From: Vezdaea acicularis
Taxonomy: Eukaryota
Direction of reading: 5' to 3'
Assembly (NCBI GenBank): GCA_026025075.1
Contig: JAPEUI010000004.1
Span: 62,001 to 126,000 of the forward strand
Length of the DNA stretch: 64,000 bases
Below, in pieces: positions 37,409 through 49,911 of the stretch; position 1 is the stretch's first letter; each line of letters begins with the position of its first letter. The notes under the pieces are model-generated. The model had not been told where the DNA came from and did no database searches. It saw only the letters and a program-made list of their open reading frames with translations. A program made the translations under genes and the position numbers.

Positions 37409-39050
37409 TCAAGGTAAAGAAACAACAATCTTCAATTCATTTTCCATCCAAACAGTCTGCTTGACCGTAGATAACGCACTAGCGTATTCGTTTTGGTTAG
37501 AGATCTCTACGAGTCCCGTTTCCAACAAGCATTCTATTCGTGGCTTGCCTGCACCATCCGTTCCATCAGATGCGGTATCGGTAGGCGGCAAGAAGTTTGC
37601 TGCAAGACTTGCATAATCATGGTAAGCGGTTGAGAGAACTTCAAGTCGCGGATGTAGCCGTTGGCCACCTTGTAAAGTGCTAATCTGTAACTTGACGATG
37701 TCAGGAGAATTGCCTTCCCCGGTGGACGAGTCAGTCTCAGGGGGTGTCTGAGTTTGCATACTATGGCCATGGTAAGATGCCTGCACATTACGTTTTTGCC
37801 GTTTTGCCTCTGGTTCTTCCGGTGAATTTTGATACGCAATACCCATTGAGGAAGCTGCGAACTCTTGATCTGGCTGATTTTCGAACATGTTTGCAGAGCC
37901 TGGAAAAGGTGTTCTGTCCATATTTTGGTACATATCGATGTCGTAAGCCTGACAGAGGCTTGAGGGGGACTGTCCTTCTGTTTTCTTATTCTTGCTAGCA
38001 GAATTGGGCGCTTTGCGTGTCTCCATAGCATACTGTCGCTGCCTCTCATTCGTGACCATGCGTCGAAGTAACGGGGTAACCAAGGAAATAATTCTATCTC
38101 ACAGGTCAGTTCCACAAATCAAATATTGAATCCTACATTTTCCCACCTGTTCTTTTGGGCTGGCCAAACCAGCGTTCTTGTAGGTAATCCTTCATTTTCT
38201 ACGTGCACTCCAAAGCATGCTTCCCCATGGCCCTCATTCTCGAGGAACTCCCTTACGCAGTTGTGAAGACGTATTTTCACCATGTCCGTATCTCCCTTTC
38301 CACGGTTTCCAACGCAGGCTTTCCTTTCAGGGTGATTCGAATCAAGCATGTAAGACTTTGCAGCAGCTTGTAGGTGAAGAAAGCTTTCTGGCGAAAGCTC
38401 AAGGGACGCAAAGAGCTTCGACATCGGTGGCCGCGTGTATTTCTTGCTTGAAGCTGATGGCCTTCGGAACAGAGCAGCTGTAATGCCTATAAGCCTGATG
38501 TATTGCATAGAATATAGGGTCAGGGCTTACCTGCGGAATGAACGCCTGCAGCACGGGCATCATTTATCGCAATTTGAGTTGGTAACTCTCGAATCTCGAG
38601 AGTCGAGTCCTGAGGATTGAGCGGCTGGTCATGCGCATTTTGTTCTACTGCGGGTACATCTCCATCGCTTGTTTTTCTTTTCCTTTTACGAGAAGGTGCC
38701 TGCCGGCTGCTTTCTGGCTCCGGATTGAGACCTTGGATGGCGTATAAGTCATGCTTATCCCGAAGGCTAGTGGAAGCTGTGTAGCTGTATAATGGGAGGT
38801 TCTCACCTTCATGGCCCGATGTAAAGCTTCCATTCTCCCCATTGCTATGTTTCTCTGACTGTGACTGTCGAGTTTGTCGCTTTGATCTGGCTGCGGGCAA
38901 GGCATTGGTTGTGACGTCTCGTGTAGCTTCTTGCCCAGCGGCCGTTGAGACTGCGTGGAGGAGTCCAGCGAGTTGATGATTTTCGATTGAGGCAGCCATT
39001 TCCCGTTCAGCATCTGCCCCTACATCCTGCCGGGTTTCTACAGATGTCAT
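37409..39050 (-). CDS. Conserved fungal hypothetical protein, probably nuclear (exons 39050-38531, 38477-38147, 38093-37409)
   Basis: Three ORFs are joined in frame by canonical introns. It has an NLS-like SRKRKRK and a conserved-looking core (ARAAGVHSAAALFR...KKYTRPPMSKLF...TPLLRRMVTNERQRQYA). Confidence 0.75.
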
Positions 39051-41704
39051 TGTCGCGACTCAAAACTGTGATATACCGAAGCAAGGTCCGGCCGTAGTGT
39101 GAGGATTGACGAAGTTTGCATTCGCCTTGATCAAACTCGACCTCTTTGGGAATGCGCTTAGGCGAGGCACTACGGACCTGGATGGGCTTGGCATGGAATT
39201 TATGGCAGGGCCTATAACCCTCGAAGTCGAGGTCCAGATCAACAATGGCACAAATTGGACGTCTCTAGCAAACAAAACTCACTGAATCCGAAGAAAAATT
39301 TGCTTCGACCGACGGTTTGAGACCCGTCGCATGATGCTGTACCTCTAATTTGCCGTGTTCAAAGACATCTTGGGAAGTTAATACATACCTTTGAGCACCC
39401 ATCAGGTGTATGAAAAGAATCAAAACGAAGATCTCATGCCCACGCTCTTCCCCTGCTTCTAGGGAATCTATCGACCCATTGAATGTCTTTCTTTAACAGA
39501 CTGCATACACCAAGCATAGTCTTCACGATCCTTATAGCTTAAGAGGGCATAAGCTAAGACCTTCTGAATAAGATCTTTCTTTCCTTAGATTCATCGCGAT
39601 GAATCAGGTTCTTGGGCCGATTTGACGTTACAAACTTAAACCTTAGTCATTCTCTGACATCACCATTTCTTTTGCTGGAATTGTTCGAAGTTGGCCGACG
39701 GGAGTCTGGCCCTTCCCTACCTGTCCTTGTTGGCATAGGATACTTTCTACCGAGCTCCCGCCCAAGATTAGCACTCACGCACTCGCCGCACCTCAGATTC
39801 ATAATATAAAGCATTTTCTTGCTTCAGCCGTTACTCATAACCTAATTCTCAAGCATCAATTCTTTTGATACAAGTAATCCCTCCTACTACATATGCAATG
39901 TACCTCTAATCACTTGCGCTAACCATCGTGGTTAAATGCCTCAGAGCGAGCCCAACCAGATTTTCCTCCTCTTATACCTTCTCACGCTCACTTCCTAGAA
40001 GCTTACACTAAGACTTTGTGGCTCACTTAGTTTTGAAACACAGAAGATCAACATAGCGTGTACATAGGCGACTATGAACGGCCTAATATCGCCTGATATA
40101 TTAAAGTAATTAAACCTTCTCAGCACCTCGTGAGTGCGTACGTTGAAGCTCATATGCTTTTAGGGGGATAAATGAACGATGTTATCTAAGGCTTTAAGAA
40201 GAAAAGGGCAACAGTATGAGTGAAGTCAAAACTTAAAAACCCTTTGCCGATCAAGAAGTAACTGGGAAAGGTTGGCGGAAGTCCACCTTCGTATGTTCTT
40301 TGTCCAACGGTCCTCTCTGGTATGCAAGGAACCCGCCTCCGACTATGTAGCGCAATGCACCGGTTGTCTCGTCCAAAAGGAACTTTGGTCAAAGTCGTCG
40401 AGGGCGGAGCGAAGTGAGTGAGCTATTGGAATCTGCGAGGGAAAATAGATTGCTTATCGAAACTTTCAACCCCTAATAATGAAGCTGTCGACCTGGAGGC
40501 TCAAGCATAGACTGTAGCGCAAGATAAGACTCAAATGTGCGCGATTTTCCTCTTCTCTAAAAACTGATGCCTAGCTGCACAGCCTACCTTAGCCTTAGCG
40601 CACGGACGACTCCTAAGCAAGCGCAAGTTCCCTGTCTAAGGATAGAAAATACATTTGCAAGCCTCTCACACCAGCAAGCGGTTTACTACAGCAAAGCCGA
40701 CCACAACTACTAATCCTGTCACTCCCATACCCCATCTGTAAGCTTACCCTAAATAACCTTATCGGAGCCCTCGTACCTTGTGAAAGAGCAATCTTCCGTC
40801 ACATCGAAGCTCTAACGCCGACCATACGACAATATGTAAAGACTATTTTCACAGAGTACTCAACATGAAAGACACACAGCGACATATCGGCACGCTTCAA
40901 AAAGGCATATGCGACTCTAGAATCACGGGTCGAACCCCCTGACCTACTCTGTAGATGACTCCATCAATATAGCCTTTAGACAAGGCATGTTCACTCTATA
41001 CGCCAAAAGATCTTTGTCACTGTACTTGAATGGGGCAAGAGTTTCCTCCATACTCCTTAAAGTCCTGATAAAATTGGAAGCATTCGGGGTACGAGATTAT
41101 GAGCTCGACATATTTATAGTAATACCCACGATGATAACAGGCCGTCTGTGCCGAAAGGATTTTCGTAGAAAAGGCCACATGGAGCTCGATTCAGCTACGA
41201 AGGCTACAGTCCCCAGAAGTAAGTTCACTCAGGTAGCGTCCGTCAAGAGATGCGTCCAAACCGAATTAGCTCAGCTATCACTCATTTGCAATCGGGCCTA
41301 ATGAGCCGAATGTAGCCCTAGGAAAGGGCTTATCTGCATCGTCTGGAACTCGGTAAGTAGGTATACAGGATGTATTTCGAAGCAAATCCTCGAACCCCAA
41401 CCCCTCAATGCACTACCGTTGAAGGTGGCCGTGCGCCCAAGGCTTCAAAGCGCTAGGATATAGTTGATGGAGCAATTTCATTTCCTGCTTACTTAGATAA
41501 GAAGCCTCCACCAAAACACACCTCTAATCTACCTGTTTGAAAAGCTTTGGATGGGTGCGCTCAAGCTCAACTATAAATAAGAAAGTATTGAGGGCTTGAT
41601 TCTCCATGGACAGCTGTTGACAATGATTTCTGACTAAGCCGCCAAAGCTTCGCTAGATTTCAAATGACACTCACAAGAAAATTTTTGTATTCCGCAATAT
41701 TAAG

Positions 41705-42613
41705 ATGAAGAAGCGGATAAAAGTATCAAGCCTATCAGTGCCGGTTAATCCCCTGACTCCTTCAGCTTTTGAGGCTTTCGGCACGGTGGTAGAAAACCCG
41801 GCTCCGAACGCATCAGAGGAAATACTACGATCCGCTCTACGAAAGAGCACAACTTCTACGGATGGAGGACCTCCGCAGAGCATACCTTTGGTCGTTAATC
41901 AAGGCACGAGCCTCAAATATCCTAATGTGACCAACATAGAAAACCTCTATCGTACAGCTCCAAGTAGGCAAGCTGGACGGGCGGTGGTGAACTTATTCGT
42001 CTGCATGCCACGGGAGCTGCAGCGGGGATTTCAGGACGAAAATGTCGGATTAGAAGGGCTTTTAGAACTCAAAATACTGGAGAGACACCCATTCACAACA
42101 CAGACCTTCATACCGATAGGTCTTTCCGGTGACAGCCAAGACACTGCCTATCTAGTGGTAGTCGCTCCCACTCTCCCAATATCTAAGACCCGAGGCAAAG
42201 AGCCACGACCACCACCCTTTCCTACACCCGAACCGCGTCTCAGAAGAACCATACGGGAGGCTTTATCTCGAGCAAGGCCACCTCCATTCCCGCTAAATGA
42301 GCAAAGTCGAGGCTTGGCAAAGGGTCAAGCTACTAAACACCCAGGCCCCGGAATTCCAGATATTACCGAGGTGAAAGCCTTCCTCGCAAGCGGCTCACAG
42401 GCTGTTACCTATGGAGCAGGTACTTGGCACTCGCCTATGATTGCCTTGGGTAGAAAGAGTATTGACTTCATTGTGCTACAATATGCGAACAACGTTGGCA
42501 ATGAGGATTGCCAAGAGACCGAGATTGAGCCCGAGGATGGAGGGCGAGGCATCGTGATCCAAGTCCCAGGGCTTGGCCTTGCTAATGAGGAAAGGATCAA
42601 AGCGAGGCTCTGA
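41705..42613 (+). CDS. dal3: Ureidoglycolate lyase/hydrolase (allantoin catabolism)
   Basis: PLTPSAFEAFG, NQGT, LERHPFTTQTFIP, YLVVVAP, QAVTYGAGTWHSPM and a C-terminal PTS1-like ARL. Confidence 0.88.
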   Translation: MKKRIKVSSLSVPVNPLTPSAFEAFGTVVENPAPNASEEILRSALRKSTTSTDGGPPQSIPLVVNQGTSLKYPNVTNIENLYRTAPSRQAGRAVVNLFVCMPRELQRGFQDENVGLEGLLELKILERHPFTTQTFIPIGLSGDSQDTAYLVVVAPTLPISKTRGKEPRPPPFPTPEPRLRRTIREALSRARPPPFPLNEQSRGLAKGQATKHPGPGIPDITEVKAFLASGSQAVTYGAGTWHSPMIALGRKSIDFIVLQYANNVGNEDCQETEIEPEDGGRGIVIQVPGLGLANEERIKARL

Positions 42614-45600
42614 TCGTGTACATGCAGTGCTATGGCTGGGATAAGTGCGTTCCGAAGAATGGGGTTTCCATCAAGCCTGTCCGCGTCAAGTTGCTCGACA
42701 CGGGCATTGCATACCGGATAAATGGATTGAGCTGTGGTCCAACGGCATGCTTGGCGCAAGAGGATGGCGTTGCTGCTTATCGTTCTGAGCGGCTTCGACA
42801 AGCTCTAGAACCTCAACTAATCTCTTAGCTAACGGAATCTGCCATGTGCAAAGCCATTGGACGCTCGATGCTACGATTTTTGCGAGTCCGTGCTGTTCTC
42901 CAGTTGCTATCAGCGTCGTCCCTCCCTCACGAGTAATGTCAGCCAGCCCCGCAAACTTGATGTGGGGCCTAAGATTCTGCACACGTCCTGGATTGGAACG
43001 ATCGCCTCCGAGTCGCGTCGAGATGCTGTGGGCTTGGGATGAACGTCAGGATTTGACGCCCAGAACGGTTGTGTGCTGTCCGTCGACGCCGGCCTTTCCT
43101 CTTTCCGGCGAGCTTTCGCAGGGTATGGCAGGGATGGCATGGCTTACCGAGAGACGTGGCGGCTTGACGACTGAAATCGGCAAACCGATTACTCCTCAGA
43201 GCCGCGGCTACTGTACGGTTTGCGTATGTTGTCACATTTGCGCCGTGCGCGAAGAATGCGTGAACGCAGCCAGCATCTAGCATCCAGCGTGAGGCATTCT
43301 CCGGTTACTGTGTGTGCCAGTGGACTAGGCCCATCGGACTTTTGTGATCACGCGGTCGGAGGGGATCACTCGATCATGGGGGCGGCTCTTCCACGTTGAC
43401 CGCCACACTCGACAGCCTCTTCGCCATCACGACGGTGACGGCGAGACGGTAATGGTGACCGAGAAAGGAGATGATAGCGACAGGAAATAATTCGACGGCG
43501 GGTCTCGATCTCTTTGTTACCCATGAACAGTCAATAATCGCGAGCGAACAGCCTTGGAGACGACTTGCAGGACTAACGTAAGACCTAAAGAGCTCCTTCA
43601 TGCCACCGCTCTCTGCTGTGAGCTGGTATGATGCGTTGCGGCGATCTCATACGTCGTGAGACTTTTGCCCATAAATTGCCTTATTTTACATCTTCGTCTG
43701 CGATTCTGGTACGAAGCATGCTCTTCAGCTTGCGAGACCGTCGAACTTTCTGGGAGGACGCAAGAATCCTTCGTTGCACAGAAATCGACGGCGGGTACGA
43801 GCTAAATTATTTGGGTGCACCCCACTCCTCGTCGCAAATCAAGCGATCACTTGGGCGGCACTATCCGCACCGTTCGCGTGACGAAGGGATACCTAAAATT
43901 TTCGCGATGTTCATCTCTTTGATATGATTCAGCGACTGCGACTCAAACCAGCGCCCAATCATGGTGAGCCAGCAGGATGGTCAGAAGTTACGGTGAAACA
44001 ATGACTTCGCGGGTCGGGAGGGCCCAGTCAGCCCTACGGGTCCAGCAACAGCTGTGTGGCATCGCACGGTTGCGCGGATCGCGGGAGGCAGCGGCGCAGG
44101 CCTTGGCATAGCTAGGCAACCCCCGACGATTGGACGATGGGGCAAGGGAAAGCAGATTTGGGGGGAACCGACGAAACATCAGCAATCAAATCGTTCATTA
44201 GATGATCATCAACGGTTGAGCAACGCGGCAGGACCCCTTCCCGTTCGTCATCTAGTGGCCATCAAGCGACTGGCAAAAGAATTCCCCTCGTTCTCGTCCT
44301 TATCAGACCTGGGGGCCGTTGCGATACGAGACCGTTTCGCCAGTCAAAGCAAAGAAGAAAGGCAGATGAAGTGCCATACTTGCAAAGGCCCCACACCTTC
44401 CAAATCGACCGGTTCCTTCCGCGCTGGTCTCACCAATCATGCGGGATGCGACAATACGACTTGGCCGCTTCTCCCTTTTTTTTTCCAAATCGCTGCATGG
44501 ATGTCCCTCGACGATCCATGCATGACAGATGACTGTATCACGGTCGCAAACCTGTGCCCGAGGCGCAACGAATCACATGGCGCCGTTGGCCCTTTCACGT
44601 TACGTTTGGTCATCTATCTCGTCTCTTCTTTCCGGCTTGGATGAACCCCGAGGCAAAATATTACAGTATTTGAAACCACCCCCGGATGGCTCAGGGGACG
44701 GGGGTTGCCGTCATGATGAGGGGGCGAGAGGTCTGCCTCGCCATTTTTGTCATGCTCGGTAGGACCGGAAAGGTCGCAAGCCGACACAGACGACGATGAA
44801 AGATCGGGATGAGGACTCGTGCGCCCGAACAACGAGGGCGGTCCCGGTGGAGTGTCGCGATGCCATCATCGTGCGGGCAGGTTGGCTGCGATGAGTAGTC
44901 GCTATGGATAGAGTCATGAGGATTTTCGATTTTCCGGCCGCCACAGAGACACAGCCACAGGTCGGAGGGACTAACCAGAACGGAAGCCGGACTGGGATGG
45001 GATTGGTGCGAGGTTATTTGGGGAACATGGCTGTGCTGGCTTCCATTGGCGCTTTCCAGGCCGAGTCCGGCTCCGCCCTTTCGGCTCGACCAGCGAACCA
45101 CCACCGCGCCCGCCAAATGACGAGCGAGCGCCATTGGCCAATGAGCGCCCGTATCGGCCTTTTCAATTCCTGACTTCCAAACATGGGCCGGCAACGACCA
45201 TGCGCACCGTCGATGGTCAATTTGCGAGGATGTGCCATGGCCCGCGACGGTTGCGCCGGGCGTGCGGTCCAATGGTCGGGTCCTCGCGAGGCCACGATTC
45301 ACCATCTCAGGATCACGACCGTTCTGCGATGTCATGCTACTGCGCTGGACGGCACTCTTCCCCGTGATGGCGGATGGCCGCACGGTAGCGCGTGCCTGGC
45401 ATGAGGCCCGAGGATGCACGAAGCGACCGACTCTTTCCCCGCGCGCAGTGCCATGGCTGGCGGTGTTCGGTTTGCTATCTGTCGGTGGAGGGCATCTGGG
45501 CTGCACATGCTCGACCGGACTTGACAGATGTCGTGAGATGAAGAGAGATGGGGGGGTAAACGGGGGGGTCGCCCGCGACGGCAGGAGGGACAAGAGCGGA

Positions 45601-47066
45601 CCAGCAGGGGACCTTAGGGCGTGGCATCGCTCTTGGCACCCGATTGGGACAGGGCTCTCGGCGCAACTGCCCAGCGCGGAGCGACTAGCGAATCCGTCCC
45701 GAAAGCAGCGACGGCAGGGGTCGGAAGGCATGTCGGACAGCGTGGGGCCTGAACGGGGAAGGCGCGCTCGGCTCGTGCGAGGACGTGCAGCAAGGCGACC
45801 GACACTTCACCGACCTTTGCGACCCCTGCCGGCACTCGCGACCGCAGGGCTGCCCGCCAAATCGACGGAGCGGCCGCGACGAAAGGGCGGAGACGCCGCG
45901 GCCTCCACCTGCACCCTCCCCGCCGATATCACCATTGTCGAGCCCCCGGCGAACCGGCGCCGTGAGGAGAGGACGATGACGGTGACGAGGTGAGGGGAGC
46001 CTGAGTATGCAGGAGGGAGAGAGCACTTGGCGCCTGGTGAGCAGCGGCCGGCCAGTCACCGCCTGCGCCGCCAAGCAGGACTGGCGCAGATGCGGTGGAA
46101 AGGAAAGAGCGAACCGCAACCACGAGCGAACGATGGCGAGAGCGAGGGAGGAGGGACGCAAGAGGGAAGGCACGACCGCGCCCACCGAAGCCATCGAACC
46201 CACGGAAGCCACACGTCTACCCCCCCCTCGTCCCCCCCTCCCCTCTCAGCGAACGGCCATGATGCCGGTCTCGCGTAGGGCGGAGGTGCAGGACAAGGGC
46301 CGCCCGGCAGGCGGGCGCTGGCTTGGGGAGGGTTCAGTAGTCGCGCTCGCTAGTGGTGGCAGGTGTCCCAGTGTGTCGCAGCACCGCGAAAAAAGACATC
46401 GGCGGGGCCTGTTGCTGCTGCGCATTTTCCCAAAATGTACGCCGTGGGAGCATGCACTGCACCACCGCATCCCACACCGCGGCGCCCAGGGCCCGGCCAG
46501 AGTGCCTCCCTCCACGATATTAATGCGTCGCCACCCCTCCGCTTCCTCATCCTCGAACTCATCCGTGACTGACGATCTCTCCCACTCGGTCATCCGTCTG
46601 CCCCACGAGAAGGAACATCAGGATCGTCTGTTGCCCGTCGTCGTTCGCTGGTTCGTCGCAGCCCCCGTACCGGCCCAAGTCCTTCCCGACCTCTCGTCGA
46701 CCGCCCTCGCACCCACGCGTAGCACGCACGACCACCTGTCTCACGCCTAAAACACTCGCTCCCGCCCACTACCCATCGGGCGACCCGAGCCATCCCTACA
46801 GAATTTATTCGGTGCCCCACGTCAAACATCTCTCCGTCTGTCTCCCTCTCCAGCAATTCGGCGGTCCATCCAACCTGGCGACCGCTCGTCATTGAAAAAG
46901 GTACGTGGACAACTCCTTTCTCCCATGCAACCCTAAGCGAATGCAGCCTTCATGCGGAACCGCGGGAAAAACATATATACTGACTCAAGCCAGGCACAGC
47001 CGTCGTCGGTCGCCTTGCCCGACCACCAGGCCACCGTCCTCACGACCCAACCAACTCGCAAGCAAC

Positions 47067-49643
47067 ATGGCTTCCCTCGACTCCCTCCACGACTTCGTCC
47101 TCTTCCCGGGCCACGAGTCGTACTCAGACATGCTTACCCAGGGCCAGCTGCAAACGGAGGCCGACTTCAATAGCCAGCAGTTCAACATGAACTCACACCT
47201 GGCTGGACAATACTCCAGCATGTCGTTCGACCCCTTCGCATCCAGCGCAACATTCTCCCAATCCATGTACCAGCCCTCCAACATCTTCTCGAACAACCCC
47301 CGGGACTCACAGAACCAATACCGCACCGGCGGCTCTCCTGCTCCTTCCGTCTCCCAGTCCTTTGAACATCCTCCTTCGATCCATTCTTCCGCGTCAGGAC
47401 CGTCGGTACCCAGTGCCTCCTCGTCGACGATCGGGTCGCCATTCTCCAGCGCCAGCCATGGACTATCGGGCCTCGAGGCGTGGAAAGATGCCCCCGTCAC
47501 CCTAGGGCCCAGCATCGTCCACTCGGACAACTTCGTCCAAGACACCTTCATGCCAGCCGGCCTGGAACATGAGCTCATCTTCCCTCGTGATAAGATCCCT
47601 AACACCTTTGTGGGTGAGTGTGCGCAAGTTCCTTCGTCAACTAGTGCTTTGAGTTCTTCTTTGTCTTCAAATGCTTCTTCTCTTTTCTCTTCGGGCCCTC
47701 ATTTGGCTGTCAACACCACCCCTCAATCGATGCCCCGTGCGAGTATCGATACCATTCTCGATCCCGAGCGTCAGTCCCTCACGCCCCACAGCGCCACATC
47801 GCCTTCCGCCTTCCAACAACGGGGGCCATGGACCCCTCCTAAGAAGGATGACCAGGTCTTCAAATCTCCTGTAACGCCTGCCTCTGCAACCCATCTATCA
47901 GTACAGCCCGCTTCCTGGTCTCAGCGAGCGCGCGAATCGCGCCGCCCATCGGTGGACAGCATTTCCCCATGGCCAACCCCATCAGAGAAGCCACTGGATG
48001 TTTCTTCTACCCGTCAAATGTCTCCTTTCTTTTCACAGAGCAGCGGCAATTATGTCGCTCCTCTAGAATCATCTTGTCGGTTTCCTTCCTACCATGCATC
48101 TAAAGACAAAAATCATCTCCTTTCTTCTCTCCTTCGTTCTCTCACTGCTACTGGAAGACCTCATACTAATGGGATGACGGTCACAGATCCTTCTCTCATC
48201 CAACCTTTCCATCAGCCACAAACTGCCCACAGCGCTATTCACGGCGGCGAGGCACAAAATTTCGTCGCATCCCACGCCGCTCTCTTCCAGCCACCTTCTC
48301 CTGCTCCTTCAGACTCGTCCTCCCATAGCCGTCGAGCCGGCTCGGCGACCATCAAAACCGGCAGCCAATCTCCATCATACCTCCACAACATGGCTTTCCA
48401 ACCATACCCAACCTTCACCGACAGGCGGCAATCGATATCATCCATTCACTCCCGATTCTCGAGCCACAGCAGTCCTCAGTCCGGTAGCTTCGATTTTGAC
48501 GAAGAAACGAAGGAGAAAGGCCGCTGCCCCGATCCCAAGTGCGGCAAAATCTTCAAAGATCTCAAAGCCCACATGCTCACACACCAGCCTGAGCGGCCCG
48601 AGAAGTGTCCGATCGTCACCTGTGACTACCATCAGAAGGGCTTCGCGAGGAAATACGATAAGAACAGGCACACCCTCACCCACTATAAAGGCACGATGGT
48701 CTGCGGGTTCTGTGCCGGCCCAGGCACCCCAAATGAGAAGAGTTTCAACCGCGCCGACGTCTTCAAGCGACATCTGACCTCCGTCCACGGTGTCGAGCAG
48801 ACCCCACCCAACAGCCGCAAGAAGCCCTCGACTGGCTCGCCATCCAACAAGAAACTCTCTGGCTACGCTCCGGATGCCACCGGCAAGTGCTCCACCTGCT
48901 CTGGCACCTTCTCCAATGCGCAAGACTTCTACGAGCATCTCGACGACTGCGTCCTTCGCATCGTTCAACAGGAAGATCCCACTGAAGCCATCAACGCGAA
49001 GCGGCTAGCCGAGCTCGACGACGACGCCGACGTCGAGGAGACGATGAAAGCTCACAACCTCTCCACCAGCCAAGACTGGTCAGCGCAAATGGGCCTCGAT
49101 GACGAAGAAGAAGACGATCTCGATGAGATCGAAGACGACCTCAACAACGACGACCCCTATGGCTCCGCCGACCGCCGCGCCAAGTCCGGCAAGGGTGCCA
49201 TCAAACCGTCCACAGCCAGCAATGGCAAGATCAACCCCCGCACTGGCGTCGTGGGCGGCTCCGCCATCAGCAAGCTCTCTCGCGCAGCAGGCGGTCGGGC
49301 GCGCGGAATGACCTTCTCGAAAGGGGGCGTCGCCCTCCTCGGCAAGGGCCGCAAGAAGCGCAAGAACTTCCCCGTCAGCTGGGGCTGTTCAGCCGACAAG
49401 ATGAAGATGAAGAAGCGCGTGCTGTGCGTGTACGACGGGTCGCGCCGGCTCTGGAAGGATGACATGATGCTTGATAATGAGTTTGAGGTCCGCCTGAAGC
49501 TAGGCGATGGCAAGAACTATATCACGGACTTGGACGTCGAGACAATGAAGAGGGCGGAAGCGTTCCATAACGCTACCGAGGAGGAGAGGGGGCCCTGGGT
49601 GCAGGGCCTGCCGGACGTCAGTCTCGAAGGTTTGATGAAGTGA
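47067..49643 (+). CDS. nsdC: C2H2/C2HC zinc-finger transcription factor, NsdC-like sexual development regulator
   Basis: CPDPKCGKIFKDLKAHMLTHQPERPEKCPIVTCDYHQKGFARKYDKNRHTLTHYKGTMVCGFC...FNRADVFKRHLTSVH and CSTCSGTFSNAQDFYEHLDDC match the recalled NsdC family. The first ATG after the 5'UTR intron is at 47067. An intron with acceptor at 48186 lies within the CDS. Confidence 0.82.
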   Translation: MASLDSLHDFVLFPGHESYSDMLTQGQLQTEADFNSQQFNMNSHLAGQYSSMSFDPFASSATFSQSMYQPSNIFSNNPRDSQNQYRTGGSPAPSVSQSFEHPPSIHSSASGPSVPSASSSTIGSPFSSASHGLSGLEAWKDAPVTLGPSIVHSDNFVQDTFMPAGLEHELIFPRDKIPNTFVGECAQVPSSTSALSSSLSSNASSLFSSGPHLAVNTTPQSMPRASIDTILDPERQSLTPHSATSPSAFQQRGPWTPPKKDDQVFKSPVTPASATHLSVQPASWSQRARESRRPSVDSISPWPTPSEKPLDVSSTRQMSPFFSQSSGNYVAPLESSCRFPSYHASKDKNHLLSSLLRSLTATGRPHTNGMTVTDPSLIQPFHQPQTAHSAIHGGEAQNFVASHAALFQPPSPAPSDSSSHSRRAGSATIKTGSQSPSYLHNMAFQPYPTFTDRRQSISSIHSRFSSHSSPQSGSFDFDEETKEKGRCPDPKCGKIFKDLKAHMLTHQPERPEKCPIVTCDYHQKGFARKYDKNRHTLTHYKGTMVCGFCAGPGTPNEKSFNRADVFKRHLTSVHGVEQTPPNSRKKPSTGSPSNKKLSGYAPDATGKCSTCSGTFSNAQDFYEHLDDCVLRIVQQEDPTEAINAKRLAELDDDADVEETMKAHNLSTSQDWSAQMGLDDEEEDDLDEIEDDLNNDDPYGSADRRAKSGKGAIKPSTASNGKINPRTGVVGGSAISKLSRAAGGRARGMTFSKGGVALLGKGRKKRKNFPVSWGCSADKMKMKKRVLCVYDGSRRLWKDDMMLDNEFEVRLKLGDGKNYITDLDVETMKRAEAFHNATEEERGPWVQGLPDVSLEGLMK

Positions 49644-49881
49644 TTCGTTCGGTCTTCTGCGAGAGTTTTTACATCTGTGACTTACTAGCGAGCGATTATT
49701 TATTTGCGATCTGTTTCAGCGACTTTTTGGAAGGGAAAGAGATACGTTTGGGAGAATCTGAGGGCCGACTTTCTTGCCTAACGTGGGCTTTTTTGTTGTG
49801 GAATGGGAAAAGGCACGAAAGGTCGGATATATATAAGATGATACCCTCTTTTTCTCTCTCGTCTTCTCTCTCTCTCTTTTC

Positions 49882-49911
49882 CATCTCATCTCATCTCATC
49901 TCATCTCATCT
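49882..49911. repeat. (CATCT)n microsatellite, about 6 copies, downstream of nsdC
   Basis: catctcatctcatctcatctcatctcatct. Confidence 0.85.

Noticed and set aside
44054..46892. Long ORFs upstream of nsdC (346, 253 and 247 aa)
   Set aside because: They overlap on both strands, have the composition of random GC-rich sequence and show no family motifs.
46905..47066. N-terminal extension of nsdC in the 912-aa ORF call
   Set aside because: It begins at GTG within a probable 5'UTR intron. The ATG at 47067 (CAACATGG) is the better start.
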